A stretch of DNA of 62,473 nt, counting the filler, from Choristocarpus tenellus KU-1152 (taxonomy: Eukaryota; Protista; Phaeophyceae): assembly GCA_964200185.2 (NCBI GenBank). It is 8 parts of 8 records of this genome, joined end to end, with 100 filler letters (N's around TTAATTAATTAA, not from the genome) between each part and the next. Parts side by side here need not be neighbours in the genome. Positions count along the whole stretch, not along the records: positions 59,327 to 62,473 come from CAXNAD020021979.1; 7 more parts are not named here. One strand, given 5' to 3'. Below are positions 61,806 to 62,473 of this stretch, one piece after another; positions within the stretch are counted from its first letter, which is position 1; every line of letters starts with the position of its first letter. A program made the position numbers and the translations under genes. Under the pieces are notes generated by a model. The model was not told the origin of the DNA. It was given only the letters and a program-made list of their open reading frames with translations, and did not search any database.

Positions 61806-62252
61806 TTCGATTGGTTGATTCCTGCCTCTCTTTTTCGAAATGACTGCTTCTCATTCGTTGGGCACGGCCTCTATTTTCGGAAAAGACAACAACCCTTGGT
61901 CGGTTCATTAGTTAGTGCCTCCGTTTTCGGAAAAGACCCCTTGCGATTCGTCGACCATTGCCTCTGCTTCTGCTCTCTAGGAAAGAGATTGCTCTTTTCG
62001 ATTGGTCGGTTTCGCTTATTGCACCTGACGCCAATGTTTTCTTTTTCTTCTTCTTTTTCTTTTTCTTTTTTTTACCTCTTTTTTTTTTTTAAATGAAAGG
62101 TCTGCTGCGTGTGGGACCTCTATCTGACGATGGGGTTCTCAGACCCCTCCGTGGCGAACCAAGTATCCATACCGACCATGTTTATTACCATGGCTGAAGG
62201 GAAAAAGTTGAAGGAGGAGCCGCACCTGCAGGAGGGTACCCTTGAATTGCTG
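59792..62252 (+). CDS. Secreted/lumenal PA (protease-associated) domain protein, probably signal-peptide-peptidase-like (5' part)
   Basis: Exons 59792-60157, 60282-60464, 62100-62252, all phase 0: signal peptide MVPSLVAAVFPLLVLLIGLSPSVA; PA motifs AWFGP, DAC, DRGNCAFEAKA..AEAVGAKGLLVMN, and closing VSIPTMFITMAEGKKL. Catalytic domain is outside the window, so the SPPL label is inferred. Confidence 0.85.
61685..61803. repeat. (GA)n microsatellite embedded in a degenerate ~40-45-bp tandem array
   Basis: About 60 GA units; flanking 61615-61683 and 61807-61875 are near-identical direct repeats. Confidence 0.95.
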
Positions 62253-62473
62253 GTGAGAGGTGTTTGGGGCAGGGGGGCAATCGAAGTACGAACTCAAGCC
62301 CCCCGGTGAATGTGTGGGAGGATGGATGGAGAAAATAAGTACACTTGATTGAGAATGTTCAGCTTCCCGGCGTACTGGCGGGAATTGTAATTGTAATTTC
62401 CCACCCCCCCCCCCCCCCCCCCCCCCCCGCCCCGATGTCTCGGGGTGTTTCTTTTTTTTTGTTGTTTTGTATT

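Overview
Eukaryotic genomic DNA (intron-rich, scattered TTAGGG repeats, dynein-2 present so ciliated/flagellate; protein matches and gene style suggest a stramenopile, possibly a brown-alga-related lineage, which is inference only). The window is not one locus: it is 8 contigs joined by identical artificial 100-bp spacers (N44-TTAATTAATTAA-N44), so no synteny should be read across them. Spliced genes reconstructed by hand from GT/AG sites and phase continuity: (1) an indoleamine-2,3-dioxygenase(IDO/PrnB)-like heme domain fused directly to a CPR/NOS-type FAD/NADPH reductase module (4-9716, +), which stops abruptly just before a MITE lacking matching TSDs; (2) an unrelated winged-helix/low-complexity gene fragment (about 11063-17337, +); (3) a single-pass membrane protein with TTDDGGVP repeats and a cytoplasmic MLKL-N-terminal-like helical domain (20963-25311, +); (4) an SH3 protein (34839-40410, -); (5) cytoplasmic dynein-2 heavy chain, AAA4 end/stalk/AAA5 start (40919-51491, -); (6) two XPD/ERCC2 exons (52251-54317, +); (7) a secreted PA-domain, probably SPPL-type, protein (59792-62252, +). 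Non-coding DNA carries at least 10 copies of a ~260-bp MITE and 3 copies of a second MITE family, both with GAG-starting TIRs and 3-bp TSDs (PIF/Harbinger-like), showing marked CpG decay. All family assignments come from motif recognition by eye, not database searches.
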